Source: Gammaproteobacteria bacterium (GTDB lineage Bacteria > Pseudomonadota > Gammaproteobacteria > G965277405). Taken from it: 64,000 bases of DNA. Shown one piece after another: positions 1 to 10,715 of the stretch (positions are counted from its first letter, which is position 1; the number at the start of each line of letters is the position of its first letter). The stretch spans positions 1-64,000 of the forward strand of contig OZ255726.1 in NCBI GenBank assembly GCA_965277405.1, given 5' to 3'. The notes under the pieces were generated by a model. That model had not been told where the DNA came from. It was given only the letters and a program-made list of their open reading frames with translations, and searched no databases. The position numbers were made by a program, and so were the translations under genes.

Positions 1-3000
1 TTTGAGTAATATAAGTTTTAGTCTTTGTCTCAATTCTGTCATGGGAAATCAACTGCGAATAGCTCTTCGCCATCGCTAATGCTGCATCTACATTGACCAA
101 ACCAAAGCCATACCAATCGCTGTAATTAAGACCTGCCGCATTAGTAATCCAACCCCGACTAAATTGATAAGCGCCGCTACCTGGAATATCTGTAGTCACT
201 GTGTAGTCGGCATCAATTATCGTTGCTGTTTTCGCCAATATATACCGCACATCCCAAATAGTTAATGCTGGATGTTGCGAAAGTAACAACGCAACCGCGC
301 CACTGACAATTGCAGCCGCTGCGCGCGTACCGTGGAAAGTATTGGTGTAATTGCATGTTGGATCGTCATGGTGGAATTGGTTTGCTAAAACGTTACTTGC
401 TGCATTATCTGCTAACTCATGGTTACTATAACCCCTGCTACAGGAAGTTACATCTGTGGTGAACATTCCAGGTTCTCCAGCTAACATTCCAGGTTCTCCA
501 GCTGATGGACTACCTTGCTCGCCACCAAAACCACTCACCCAAATAGCCCCGGCTGCAGCATAGCTCGCGCGTTTCCCGAAGGCGTTGACTGCGCCAACAG
601 TGATGATCGGTAAGATGTCTTCCTTATCAAAACCAGCCAAGCCACAGCTCGTACCTATTACATTCGCTTGGCTGCATGCGTCACCATCACCAATATATGA
701 ATCGCCTGCAGGTTTAATAAAAATGACTCCTTTGCCGTTTCTGCCATCTTGAATCCTGCGCATGATTATTGCGTTGCTGCCAATTGCTGCGGTAGCTGGC
801 GTGCCGATGTGATCAAGGCGACTAGCTAGCTGGTCGCCTAAATACACAATATCGGCTTCAACTGCTGGGGAATCAGTGACACTGGGGTCGCCATCACCAA
901 CACTATATTGTAAATACGTGGCATTGCTATTGACACCAGCAGCCATATTGTTAAAGCCAAGCAATTTGGCTTTGGGTGCGACACCCAAGCCACCCATACC
1001 ATTATCTGCCATGGCAATCAAGCCAGCTATTGCTGTACCATGGTCGCCGTCACTACCCCTTGGGCTGGGATCGGTTGTTCCTGTCGCGGCATTAGGTTGC
1101 ATAAATGACCCTGTTGCAAAAGCATATCCTTGCCGAGGATCAATATTGTCAGCTAAATCAGGGTGGGTTATTTGCAAGCCAGTATCAACCACGCTCACCA
1201 ACGTTCCTTGACCGAGGCAGCCATCAGTGCGCCATGCACGTTGTAAGTTTAAATGGATGCTACTATCCATTTTGCTAGCATCCATGCCGGTGGCAATTTG
1301 ACCTTGTTGCCTACCATCTAAGTACCATTGATATTTTTCTAATGGATTGCTATCTGGTAACGATACAAGCGTGTCTGTATCACAATTTGAATTAACCGCT
1401 GTCATAAAAATAGTTGCTGTACTAACGGGGAAGTCCACCACATTAGATACATAACCCGAAACCACATATTCTGCTTTGCTTGCTACTATTGTTGGTGACC
1501 CTTGGATTGCACAGCTGTCGTTTGCCACAACTAGTGTCAAGCCAGCAGGTAGCGGCGGTGCTATGCTGCAACGAACAATTTCAACAGTGTTGACAAATTG
1601 CCATTGCTGCTGATTTTGGTATGTCAACATCGTCTGGGCAATTTTATCATCCATTTGCGGTAGCGCATAGATGGCGGTGATGAGGACGTCTGCACTGCTA
1701 TCACCAGCGGAATTTGACCCAGTAATAACGTAGTTGCTAGTTTGTGTTGCACTAACATTGTTGGGACTGCCATCAATTTGGCAGGTGCTGCGTCCATTGC
1801 CACCTACAGCTATATTCAGGGCTAAACCTGGCGGCAGCGGTGGTGTGGGGGTACAACTGGTCACATCACCACCATTGTTCTCAATTATTATGTGCTGAGG
1901 AATTCGATCACTGACTACAAACACCATTGCGGTATTGTTATATAATAATGCTGGTGCTTGATCATTGGCTGTTTGATCATTGGGTGTTTGATCATTGACA
2001 GTGATGCTATCGCGTAATGCTATAGACCTTCGCGACCTTGACCTTCGTTGCGGCTCTATTTGAGCACTTCGGGCACTCCGAGCACTGCGAGCACTCCGTT
2101 CAGGCTCTGAATCATATTGAGACTCTGAGACATAAGAATGACCGCGGAACGGATTCTCATATATACTGATGGGTATCGTTGCGTTGCTAAAGCCGCCAGA
2201 GTTGGTTCCAGTAATTATATATGTCTCTGTTGTATATCTTCCCATGCCTATGCCTAATATCTCGCAAGTATCATTCATTAGCCTAACTTCTAAACTTATT
2301 GGTAATGGAGTGCTTTCATCCGCCGAGCAGGATAGGACAGCACCACCGTTATTGATGAATGATGCAGTAGGGAATATTCCATATACCTGACCAGATTTAA
2401 CCGTTTCAAAACTAACCAAATCTGGTTTCTGATCATTCACAGTGATGATTATCGCTGCGCTGCTATCGCCGTCAGCGTTGCTTCCTTCAATGACATATGT
2501 CAGAGTTGAGTGTATCAACCTTGCTGTGCCTAATATCTGGCAAGTATTATTCCTTACCCTAACAGATAATCCAGCTGGTAATGGAGTGCTATTATCAATC
2601 CAGCATCTTGTTACAGCTCCGCCGTTATTGGTGAATGTAATAGGAGTTATGGCAATCCCTCTAGTCAAAACTTTATGGCGAGCATTAAGCAAAACTGGTG
2701 CATTATTATTCACAGTGATGTTTATTCCTGCGTTGCTATTGCCGCCGCTATTCGACGCAGTCACCGTGTAGGTGGTTGCCACTTGCAACTGCCTTGGTGT
2801 GCCAGCTAGCTGACACGTTGCTTTACCAGCTATGGCTCCAACAACAATATCCAAACCTGCAGGTAGCTGCGGTGAAATATCACAGCTTGTCACCGCACCG
2901 CCTGTATTGCCAAACAGCACGGGACTTGTTATCTGCATATTTGTTCTGAATATTTGGGGGTTTGGGCTTACTAACGCTGGGATATCATCAATCACCGTGA

Positions 3001-6000
3001 TGTTTATTGATGAAATGCTAGCGCCGACGGAATTGGACGCAGTCACCGTGTAGACGGTTGCAACTTGGCTCTGCGTTGCTGTGCCAGATAGCTGACACGT
3101 TGCTTTACCCGCTATGTCTCCAACAACAATATCCAAACCCAAAGGTAACTGCGGTGAAATATCACAGCTTGTCACCGTACCGCCTGTATTGCCAAACAGC
3201 ACGGGTAGTATCGTTGTGTTGATGGTAAATAGCTGTGGAGTTGGACTTACTAACGCTGGGATATTATCATTCACAGTGATGTTTATTCCTACGTTGTTTT
3301 CGCCGCCGCTATTAGAGGCAGTCACCGTATAGGCGGTTGCAACTTGCAACTGCCTTGCTGTGCCAGCTAGCTGACACGTTGCTTTACCCGCTATGTCTCC
3401 AACAACAATATCCAAACCTACAGGTAACTGCGGTGAAATATCACAGCTTGTCACCGCGCCGCCACTATTGCCAAACAGCACGGGTAGTATCGCTGTGTTG
3501 ATGGTGAATAGCTGTGGAGTTGGGCTTACTAACGCTGGGATAGCATCATTCACGGTGATGTTTATTCCTGTGTTGCTATTGCCGCCGCTATTAGCCGCAG
3601 TCACCGTGTAGGCGGTTGCAACTTGCAACTGCGTTGGTGTGCCAGCTAGCTGACACGTTGCTTTACCCGCGATGTCTCCAACAACAATATTCAAATCTAC
3701 AGGTAGCTGTGGTGAAACATCACAGCTTGTCACCGCGCCGCCACTATTGCCAAACAGCACGGGTAGTATCGCTGTGTTGATGGTGAATAGCTGTGGAGTT
3801 GGACTTGTTATCATTGGGATAGCATCGTTCAATACTTGGATATCATCGTTGACAGTGATGTTTATCTCTGCGCGGCTAGTGCCGACGCTATTGGACGCAG
3901 TCACCGTGTAGGTGGTTGCAACTTGGCTCTGCCTTGGTATGCCGGCAGATAGCTGACACGTTGCTGTACCCGCTATGTCTCCAACAACAATATCCAAACC
4001 TACAGGTAGCTGCGGTGAAATATCACAACTTGTTACAGCACCGCCTGTATTGCCAAACAGCACGGGTAGTATCGCTGTGTTTATAGTGAATATCTGTGGA
4101 GTTGGACTTGCTAACACTGGGATAGCATCAATCACCGCGATGTTTATTGATGAAATGCTAGCGCCGACGGAATTGACCGCAGTCACCGTGTAGCGTGTTG
4201 CAACTTGGCTCTGCGTTGCTGTGCCAGATAGCTGACACGTTGCTTTACCCGCTATGTCTCCAACAACAATATCCAAACCTACAGGTAGCTGCGGTGAAAT
4301 ATAACAGCTTGTTACCGCACCGCCTGTATTGCCAAACAGCACGGGTAGTATCGTTGTGTGTATGGTGAATATCTGTGGAGTTGGGCTTACTAACGCTGGG
4401 ATAGCATCAATCACGGTGATGATTATTCCTGCGTTGCTATCGCCGCCGCTATTAGCGGCATTCACCGTGTAGGCGGTTGCAACTTGCAACTGCGTTGGTG
4501 TGCCAGCTAGCTGACACGTTGCTTTACCAGCTATGTCTCCAACAACAATATCCAAACCTACAGGTAGCTGCGGTGAAACATCACAGCTTGTTACATTCCC
4601 ACCAGAATTGATAAAGTTCGCAGTTGGTATAGCTGTGTTGATGGTGAATGGCTGCAGGCTTGGACTCCCTATCTCTGGGATATTATCATTCACCATGATG
4701 TTTATTGATGAAATGCTATTGCCGCCGTTATTATACGCTGTCACTCTGTAGGCAGTTGCACCTTGCCTCTGCCTTGGTGTGCCAGATATCCGACACGTTG
4801 TATTACCAAAAACAGTTGCAACCGCGATTTGCAAATCAGGAGCTAGCCGTGGTGAAATAACACAGCGTGTTACTGCACCGCCTGTATTGCCAAAGTGCAC
4901 GGGTACTATCGTATTGTTTATGCTGAATACTAGTAGCCCAGTGTCTATGGTGGATATCCGTGGACTTTCTAACAATAGGGTATCATCAATAATCTCATTA
5001 AAGTTTATTGTAGCATTCATCACCGTGATGTTTATTGATGAAATGCTAGCGCCGACAGAATTGGACGCAGTCACCGTGTAGTCGGTTGCATTTTGTGGTA
5101 ACCGCGTTGGTGTGCCTGATAGCTGACACGTTGCTTTACCTGCTATGTCTCCAACTACAATATCCAAACCTACAGGTAGCTGCGGTGAAACATCACAGCT
5201 TGTCACCGCACCGCCTGTATTGCCAAACAGCACGGGTAGTATCGCTGTGTTGATGGTGAATATCTGTGGAGTTGGGCTTACTAACGCTGGGATAGCATCG
5301 TTGACAGTGATGTTTATCTCTGCGCGGCTAGTGCCGACGCTATTGGACGCAGTCACCGTGTAGGCGGTTGCAACTTGCAACTGCCTTGGTATGCCGGCAG
5401 CTAGCTGACACGTTGCTTTACCCGCTATGTCTCCAACTACAATATCCAAACCTACAGGTAGTTGCGGTGAAATATCACAGCTTGTCACCGCACCGCCTGT
5501 ATTGCCAAACAGCACGGGTAGTATCGCTGTGTGTATGGTGAATAGCTGTGGAGTTGGACTTGCTAACACTGGGATAGCTTCAATCACCGCGATGTTTATT
5601 GATGAAATGCTAGCGCCGACGGAATTGACCGCAGTCACCGTGTAGCGTGTTGCAACTTGGCTCTGCGTTGGTGTGCCAGCTAGCTGACACGTTGCTTTTC
5701 CCGCTATGTCTCCAACAACAATATCCAAACCTACAGGTAGCTGCGGTGAAACATCACAGCTTGTTACCGCGCCGCCTGTATTGCCAAACAGCACTGGTAG
5801 TATCGCTGTGTTGATAGTGAATATCTGTGGAGTTGGACTTGCTAACACTGGGATAGCATCAATCACCGCGATGTTTATTGATGAAATGCTAGCGCCGACG
5901 GAATTGACCGCAGTCACCGTGTAGCGTGTTGCAACTTGGCTCTGCGTTGCTGTGCCAGCTAGCTGACACGTTGCTTTACCCGCTATGTCTCCAACAACAA

Positions 6001-9000
6001 TATCCAAACCTACAGGTAACTGCGGTGAAATATAACAGCTTGTCACCGCCCCGCCTGTATTGCCAAAGAGCACGGGTAGTATCGTTGTGTGTATGGTGAA
6101 TAGCTGTGGAGTTGGGCTTGCTAACACTGGGATAGCATCGTTGACAGTGATGTTTATCTCTGCGCGGCTAGTGCCGACGCTATTGGACGCAGTCACCGTG
6201 TAGGCGGTTGCAACTTGCAACTGCCTTGGTATGCCGGCAGCTAGCTGACACGTTGCTGTACCCGCTATGTCTCCAACAACAATATCCAAACCTACAGGTA
6301 GCTGCGGTGAAATATCACAACTTGTTACAGCACCGCCTGTATTGCCAAACAGCACGGGTAGTATCGCTGTGTTGATAGTGAATAGCTGTGGAGTTGGACT
6401 TGCTAACACTGGGATAGCATCGTTGACAGTGATGTTTATCTCTGCGCGGCTAGTGCCGACGCTATTGGACGCAGTCACCGTGTAGGCGGTTGCAACTTGC
6501 AACTGCCTTGGTATGCCGGCAGATAGCTGACACGTTGCTGTACCCGCTATGTCTCCAACAACAATATCCAAACCTACAGGTAACTGCGGTGAAATATCAC
6601 AGCTTGTTACAGCACCGCCTGTATTGCCAAACAGCACGGGTAGTATCGCTGTGTTGATTGTGAATATCTGTGGAGTTGGACTTGCTAACACTGGGATAGC
6701 ATCGTTGACAGTGATGTTTATCTCTGCGCGGCTAGTGCCGACGCTATTGGACGCAGTCACCGTGTAGGCGGTTGCAACTTGCAACTGCCTTGGTATGCCG
6801 GCAGATAGCTGACACGTTGCTGTACCCGCTATGTCTCCAACAACAATATCCAAACCTACAGGTAACTGCGGTGAAATATCACAGCTTGTTACAGCACCGC
6901 CTGTATTGCCAAACAGCACGGGTAGTATCGCTGTGTTGATGGTGAATATCTGTGGAGTTGGGCTTACTAACGCTGGGATAGCATCGTTGACAGTGATGTT
7001 TATCTCTGCGCGGCTAGTGCCGACGCTATTGGACGCAGTCACCGTGTAGGCGGTTGCAACTTGCAACTGCCTTGGTATGCCGGCAGCTAGCTGACACGTT
7101 GCTGTACCCGCTATGTCTCCAACTACAATATCCAAACCTACAGGTAGCTGCGGTGAAACATCACAGCTTGTCACTGCCCCGCCTGTATTGCCAAACAGCA
7201 CGGGTAGTATCGCTGTGTGTATGGTGAATAGCTGTGGAGTTGGACTTGCTAACACTGGGATAGCATCGTTGACAGTGATGTTTATCTCTGCGCGGCTAGT
7301 GCCGACGCTATTGGACGCAGTCACCGTGTAGGCGGTTGCAACTTGCAACTGCCTTGGTATGCCGGCAGCTAGCTGACACGTTGCTTTACCCGCTATGTCT
7401 CCAACTACAATATCCAAACCTACAGGTAGCTGCGGTGAAACATCACAGCTTGTCACCGCACCGCCTGTATTGCCAAACAGCACGGGTAGTATCGCTGTGT
7501 GTATGGTGAATAGCTGTGGAGTTGGACTTGCTAACACTGGGATAGCAGCGTTCGCCACTTGGATATCATCATTCACGGTGATGTTTATCTCTGCGCGGCT
7601 TTCGCCGAGGCTATTGGACGCAGTCACCGTGTAGGTGGTTGCAACTTGCAACTGCGTTGGTGTACCTGATATTTGGCAACTAGATTCGTCTGGCGTTGGT
7701 TCAAATCTTAGCCCTTCAGGCCATACTGCGCGATTATTGCCCACTACCTCGCAGCTTGTTACAGCACCGCCAGTATTGTTAAAGCGCACGGGTCTTGGTA
7801 TCTGGATATTTTTTCTGAATGTTTGGGCAAGCTGGCTTGCTAAAACTGGGATGGCATCATACACAGTAATCCGTATCCCTGCGTGGCTATAGCCATCGCT
7901 ATTCGACGCAGTTACCGTATACACGATTGCAACTTTTAACTGCGTTGGTTTTCCTGATATCTGACACGTTGCTTTACCAGCTATGGCTCCAACAACAATA
8001 TCCAAACCTGCAGGTAGCCGTGGTGAAATTTCACAACTTGCCACCGCACCGCCAGTATTGCCAAACAACACAGGACTTGATATCTGGATATTTTTTCTGA
8101 ATGTTTGAGGGTTTGGGCTTACTAACGCTGGGATATCACCGATCAAAACTTGAATATCATCATTCACAGTGATGCTTATCGGTACGCGGTAGCTATCGCC
8201 GCGTTGATTGTACGCAGAGACAATATGCACGGATGTAACTTGCAACTGGGTTGGTGTGCCAGATATTTGGCAACTAGATTCGTCTGGCGTTGGCTCAAAG
8301 ATTAACCCTTCTGGCCATATTGCTCTATCAACTACACTGCATCTGGTTACAGCACCACCAGCGTTGCTCAAGCGCACTGGGGTTGTTATCCGTGTATATC
8401 TTTTAAATATTTGAGGGTTTGGGCTTATTAAATCTGGAGGGATATAATCCACAGTAATACTTATCCCTGCGCGGCTAACGCCGCCGCTATTGGATCCAGT
8501 CACCGTGTAGGTGGTTGCAATGTCTTGCCACTGCGTTGGTTTCCCAGATAGCTGACACGTTGCTTTCCCAGCTATAGCTCCAACAACAATATCCAAACCT
8601 GCAGGTAGCTGCGGTGAAACGTCACAGCTTGTCACCGCACCGCCTGTATTGCCAAACAGCACGGGACTTGTTATCTGCATATTTATTCTGAATGCTTGAG
8701 GGTTTGGACTTACTAACTCTGGGATATCATCGTTCAACACTGGAATATCATCGTTCAACACTGGGATAGCAGCAATCACCGCGATGTTTATTGATGAAAT
8801 GCTAGCGCCGCCGGAATTGGACGCAGTCACCGTGTAGGCGGTTGCCACTTGCAACTGCCTTGGTATGCCAGCTAGCTGACACGTTGCTTTACCCGCTATG
8901 TCTCCAACTACAATATCCAAACCTACAGGTAACTGCGGTGAAATATAACAGCTTGTCACCGCCCCGCCTGTATTGCCAAAGAGCACGGGTAGTATCGCTG

Positions 9001-10342
9001 TGCTGATAGTGAATATCTGTGGAGTTGGACTTGCTAACACTGGGATAGCATCGTTCAACACTTGGATATCATCGTTGACAGTGATGTTTATCTCTGCGCG
9101 GCTAGTACCGACGCTATTGGACGCAGACACCGTGTAGATGGATGCAGCTTGGCTCTGCCTTGGTATGCCAGATAGCTGACACGTTGCTTTACCAGCTATG
9201 TCGCCAACTACAATATCCAAACCTACAGGTAGCTGTGGTGAAACATCACAACTTGTCACGCCACCGCCAATGTTGTTAAAGAGCACGGGACTTGGTATCT
9301 GGATATTTTTGCTGAATATTTGGGGGCTTGGGCTTACTAAAACGGGGACATCATCGTTCAACACTTGGATATCATCATTGACAGTGATGTTTATCTCTGC
9401 GCGGCTAGTACCGTGGCTATTGGACGCAGTCACCGTGTAGGTGGTTGCAGCTTGGCTCTGCGTTGGTATGCCAGATAGCTGACACGTTGCTTTGCCCGCT
9501 ATGGCTCCAACAACCATATCCAAACCTACAGGTAGCTGTGGTGAAACATCACAGCTTGTCACGCCACCGCCAATGTTGTTAAAGAGCACTGGTGTTGGTA
9601 TCTGGATATTTTTTTTGAATGTTTGGGGGCTTGGGCTTACTAAAACGGGGATATCATCGTTCAACACTTGGATATCATCATTGACAGTGATGTTTATCTC
9701 TGCGCGGCTAACGCCGCCGCTATTGGACGCTGTCACCGTATACGTAGTTCTAGCTTGCAACTGCGTTGATGTTCCTATCATTAGACACGTTGTTGTATCA
9801 GATATGGTTGCAACAATAATATCTAAACCTGCAGGTAGCTGTGGTGAAATGTCACAGCGTGTCACGCCACCGCCAATGTTACTAAAGTTCACAGCCGGTA
9901 TTTTTTCGTCTTTTATGAAAATTTGCGCTGCAGGACTAAGAGGATTTGCTAGTTCTGTTGGTGTCCCAATTATTTGGATGTTGGGCTTTAACGGAACATT
10001 GATTCTGATCATTACATCGGCAGAAGAAACACCTAGAGAATTATAGGCAAGGACTGTAACTAGATCACCGCTGCTATCTGTAGTAGCATCAGGAGTTCCA
10101 AATATTTGGCATGTATCATTTGCTGCGCTTACTTGTAAATTAGCAGGCATATTTGCAGCAGTGCAAAATACAGCTGCACCACCAATATTAGCAATTTCTA
10201 AGGGGGGATCTATGGTAACGCCATTAGTAAATACAACTTCCGTGTTTGTTAATACAGGTTGTTCTATAACAAAATCTATTAAATCAACATCACTACAAGA
10301 TGTAAGTAGTAACAAAAAACTAACTGCTATGTGTTGCCACAT
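1..10342 (-). CDS. Giant lipoprotein A: ~28 (estimated) two-Cys Ig-like (He_PIG-like) repeats, polybasic linker, S8 kexin-like pseudo-peptidase; 3' end outside window
   Basis: Absent from the ORF track because it has no stop inside the window. ATG at 10342 reads MWQHIAVSFLLLLTSC (lipobox LTSC). All antisense shadow ORFs from 876 to 10161 share one frame, and the C-terminal HDRIETKTK at positions 43-17 is in frame with the start. S8 motifs VVDTG (1184-1186), HGT (1040-1042), KPAGD (701-703), HGTR (323-325). Confidence 0.9.
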   Translation of the reverse strand, partial: MWQHIAVSFLLLLTSCSDVDLIDFVIEQPVLTNTEVVFTNGVTIDPPLEIANIGGAAVFCTAANMPANLQVSAANDTCQIFGTPDATTDSSGDLVTVLAYNSLGVSSADVMIRINVPLKPNIQIIGTPTELANPLSPAAQIFIKDEKIPAVNFSNIGGGVTRCDISPQLPAGLDIIVATISDTTTCLMIGTSTQLQARTTYTVTASNSGGVSRAEINITVNDDIQVLNDDIPVLVSPSPQTFKKNIQIPTPVLFNNIGGGVTSCDVSPQLPVGLDMVVGAIAGKATCQLSGIPTQSQAATTYTVTASNSHGTSRAEINITVNDDIQVLNDDVPVLVSPSPQIFSKNIQIPSPVLFNNIGGGVTSCDVSPQLPVGLDIVVGDIAGKATCQLSGIPRQSQAASIYTVSASNSVGTSRAEINITVNDDIQVLNDAIPVLASPTPQIFTISTAILPVLFGNTGGAVTSCYISPQLPVGLDIVVGDIAGKATCQLAGIPRQLQVATAYTVTASNSGGASISSINIAVIAAIPVLNDDIPVLNDDIPELVSPNPQAFRINMQITSPVLFGNTGGAVTSCDVSPQLPAGLDIVVGAIAGKATCQLSGKPTQWQDIATTYTVTGSNSGGVSRAGISITVDYIPPDLISPNPQIFKRYTRITTPVRLSNAGGAVTRCSVVDRAIWPEGLIFEPTPDESSCQISGTPTQLQVTSVHIVSAYNQRGDSYRVPISITVNDDIQVLIGDIPALVSPNPQTFRKNIQISSPVLFGNTGGAVASCEISPRLPAGLDIVVGAIAGKATCQISGKPTQLKVAIVYTVTASNSDGYSHAGIRITVYDAIPVLASQLAQTFRKNIQIPRPVRFNNTGGAVTSCEVVGNNRAVWPEGLRFEPTPDESSCQISGTPTQLQVATTYTVTASNSLGESRAEINITVNDDIQVANAAIPVLASPTPQLFTIHTAILPVLFGNTGGAVTSCDVSPQLPVGLDIVVGDIAGKATCQLAAGIPRQLQVATAYTVTASNSVGTSRAEINITVNDAIPVLASPTPQLFTIHTAILPVLFGNTGGAVTSCDVSPQLPVGLDIVVGDIAGTATCQLAAGIPRQLQVATAYTVTASNSVGTSRAEINITVNDAIPALVSPTPQIFTINTAILPVLFGNTGGAVTSCDISPQLPVGLDIVVGDIAGTATCQLSAGIPRQLQVATAYTVTASNSVGTSRAEINITVNDAIPVLASPTPQIFTINTAILPVLFGNTGGAVTSCDISPQLPVGLDIVVGDIAGTATCQLSAGIPRQLQVATAYTVTASNSVGTSRAEINITVNDAIPVLASPTPQLFTINTAILPVLFGNTGGAVTSCDISPQLPVGLDIVVGDIAGTATCQLAAGIPRQLQVATAYTVTASNSVGTSRAEINITVNDAIPVLASPTPQLFTIHTTILPVLFGNTGGAVTSCYISPQLPVGLDIVVGDIAGKATCQLAGTATQSQVATRYTVTAVNSVGASISSINIAVIDAIPVLASPTPQIFTINTAILPVLFGNTGGAVTSCDVSPQLPVGLDIVVGDIAGKATCQLAGTPTQSQVATRYTVTAVNSVGASISSINIAVIEAIPVLASPTPQLFTIHTAILPVLFGNTGGAVTSCDISPQLPVGLDIVVGDIAGKATCQLAAGIPRQLQVATAYTVTASNSVGTSRAEINITVNDAIPALVSPTPQIFTINTAILPVLFGNTGGAVTSCDVSPQLPVGLDIVVGDIAGKATCQLSGTPTRLPQNATDYTVTASNSVGASISSINITVMNATINFNEIIDDTLLLESPRISTIDTGLLVFSINNTIVPVHFGNTGGAVTRCVISPRLAPDLQIAVATVFGNTTCRISGTPRQRQGATAYRVTAYNNGGNSISSINIMVNDNIPEIGSPSLQPFTINTAIPTANFINSGGNVTSCDVSPQLPVGLDIVVGDIAGKATCQLAGTPTQLQVATAYTVNAANSGGDSNAGIIITVIDAIPALVSPTPQIFTIHTTILPVLFGNTGGAVTSCYISPQLPVGLDIVVGDIAGKATCQLSGTATQSQVATRYTVTAVNSVGASISSINIAVIDAIPVLASPTPQIFTINTAILPVLFGNTGGAVTSCDISPQLPVGLDIVVGDIAGTATCQLSAGIPRQSQVATTYTVTASNSVGTSRAEINITVNDDIQVLNDAIPMITSPTPQLFTINTAILPVLFGNSGGAVTSCDVSPQLPVDLNIVVGDIAGKATCQLAGTPTQLQVATAYTVTAANSGGNSNTGINITVNDAIPALVSPTPQLFTINTAILPVLFGNSGGAVTSCDISPQLPVGLDIVVGDIAGKATCQLAGTARQLQVATAYTVTASNSGGENNVGINITVNDNIPALVSPTPQLFTINTTILPVLFGNTGGTVTSCDISPQLPLGLDIVVGDIAGKATCQLSGTATQSQVATVYTVTASNSVGASISSINITVIDDIPALVSPNPQIFRTNMQITSPVLFGNTGGAVTSCDISPQLPAGLDIVVGAIAGKATCQLAGTPRQLQVATTYTVTASNSGGNSNAGINITVNNNAPVLLNARHKVLTRGIAITPITFTNNGGAVTRCWIDNSTPLPAGLSVRVRNNTCQILGTARLIHSTLTYVIEGSNADGDSSAAIIITVNDQKPDLVSFETVKSGQVYGIFPTASFINNGGAVLSCSADESTPLPISLEVRLMNDTCEILGIGMGRYTTETYIITGTNSGGFSNATIPISIYENPFRGHSYVSESQYDSEPERSARSARSARSAQIEPQRRSRSRRSIALRDSITVNDQTPNDQTANDQAPALLYNNTAMVFVVSDRIPQHIIIENNGGDVTSCTPTPPLPPGLALNIAVGGNGRSTCQIDGSPNNVSATQTSNYVITGSNSAGDSSADVLITAIYALPQMDDKIAQTMLTYQNQQQWQFVNTVEIVRCSIAPPLPAGLTLVVANDSCAIQGSPTIVASKAEYVVSGYVSNVVDFPVSTATIFMTAVNSNCDTDTLVSLPDSNPLEKYQWYLDGRQQGQIATGMDASKMDSSIHLNLQRAWRTDGCLGQGTLVSVVDTGLQITHPDLADNIDPRQGYAFATGSFMQPNAATGTTDPSPRGSDGDHGTAIAGLIAMADNGMGGLGVAPKAKLLGFNNMAAGVNSNATYLQYSVGDGDPSVTDSPAVEADIVYLGDQLASRLDHIGTPATAAIGSNAIIMRRIQDGRNGKGVIFIKPAGDSYIGDGDACSQANVIGTSCGLAGFDKEDILPIITVGAVNAFGKRASYAAAGAIWVSGFGGEQGSPSAGEPGMLAGEPGMFTTDVTSCSRGYSNHELADNAASNVLANQFHHDDPTCNYTNTFHGTRAAAAIVSGAVALLLSQHPALTIWDVRYILAKTATIIDADYTVTTDIPGSGAYQFSRGWITNAAGLNYSDWYGFGLVNVDAALAMAKSYSQLISHDRIETKTKTYITQ
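2170..10250 (-). repeat. Intragenic tandem array of ~279-282-bp repeats (Ig-like units) of gene A
   Basis: Recurring unit PVLFGNTGGAVTSCDISPQLPVGLDIVVGDIAGKATCQL...YTVTASNS; shadow ORFs recur at ~280-bp spacing. Confidence 0.9.
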
Positions 10343-10444
10343 TTCTATTTCACTTAAGTTGCTGTTAACGAATCAATCAACTGGCATAACCACACCGTTG
10401 CATTGGTGTTGGTATCATTCAAAATTACATATTTTGAGTCTGTT

Positions 10445-10584
10445 GCAAATAGATTTAAATTTGCTGTAATATAGTAAATTTTTATACAGTGATTGTTGCC
10501 ATTGTCAAAATAAGAGTTTTTCTATAGATTAAAAGTTTAAATATTAGTTTAAAGTTGTTTGTACAGTCAAACAGCTATTTTGAC
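10445..10584 (-). promoter_or_regulatory. Putative sigma70 promoter and palindromic operators upstream of gene A
   Basis: Minus strand TTGACA(10508-10503)-N16-TATAAA(10486-10481); GCAAAT-N8-ATTTGC at 10445-10464; GTCAAA-N7-TTTGAC near 10566-10584. Largely conserved upstream of gene B. Confidence 0.5.
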
Positions 10585-10715
10585 GTAACAATCCTACTAA
10601 ATACCACAACGTATTTTTTGTATAATTTGAATAATGCCAGTGTTGGAGCAATAGATATGGTACAAATCAGTTTTTCTATCTTGCTGATTGATACGCGACT
10701 GGATTCCCAAGGAAG

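Noticed and set aside
25-2061. Near-identical copies as a diversity-generating retroelement TR/VR pair
   Set aside because: The block is too long, the differences are few and not adenine-specific, and no reverse transcriptase is present in the window.
10343-10450. Leader of the giant genes as a c-di-GMP or other known riboswitch
   Set aside because: No recognisable aptamer consensus, only a short hairpin.
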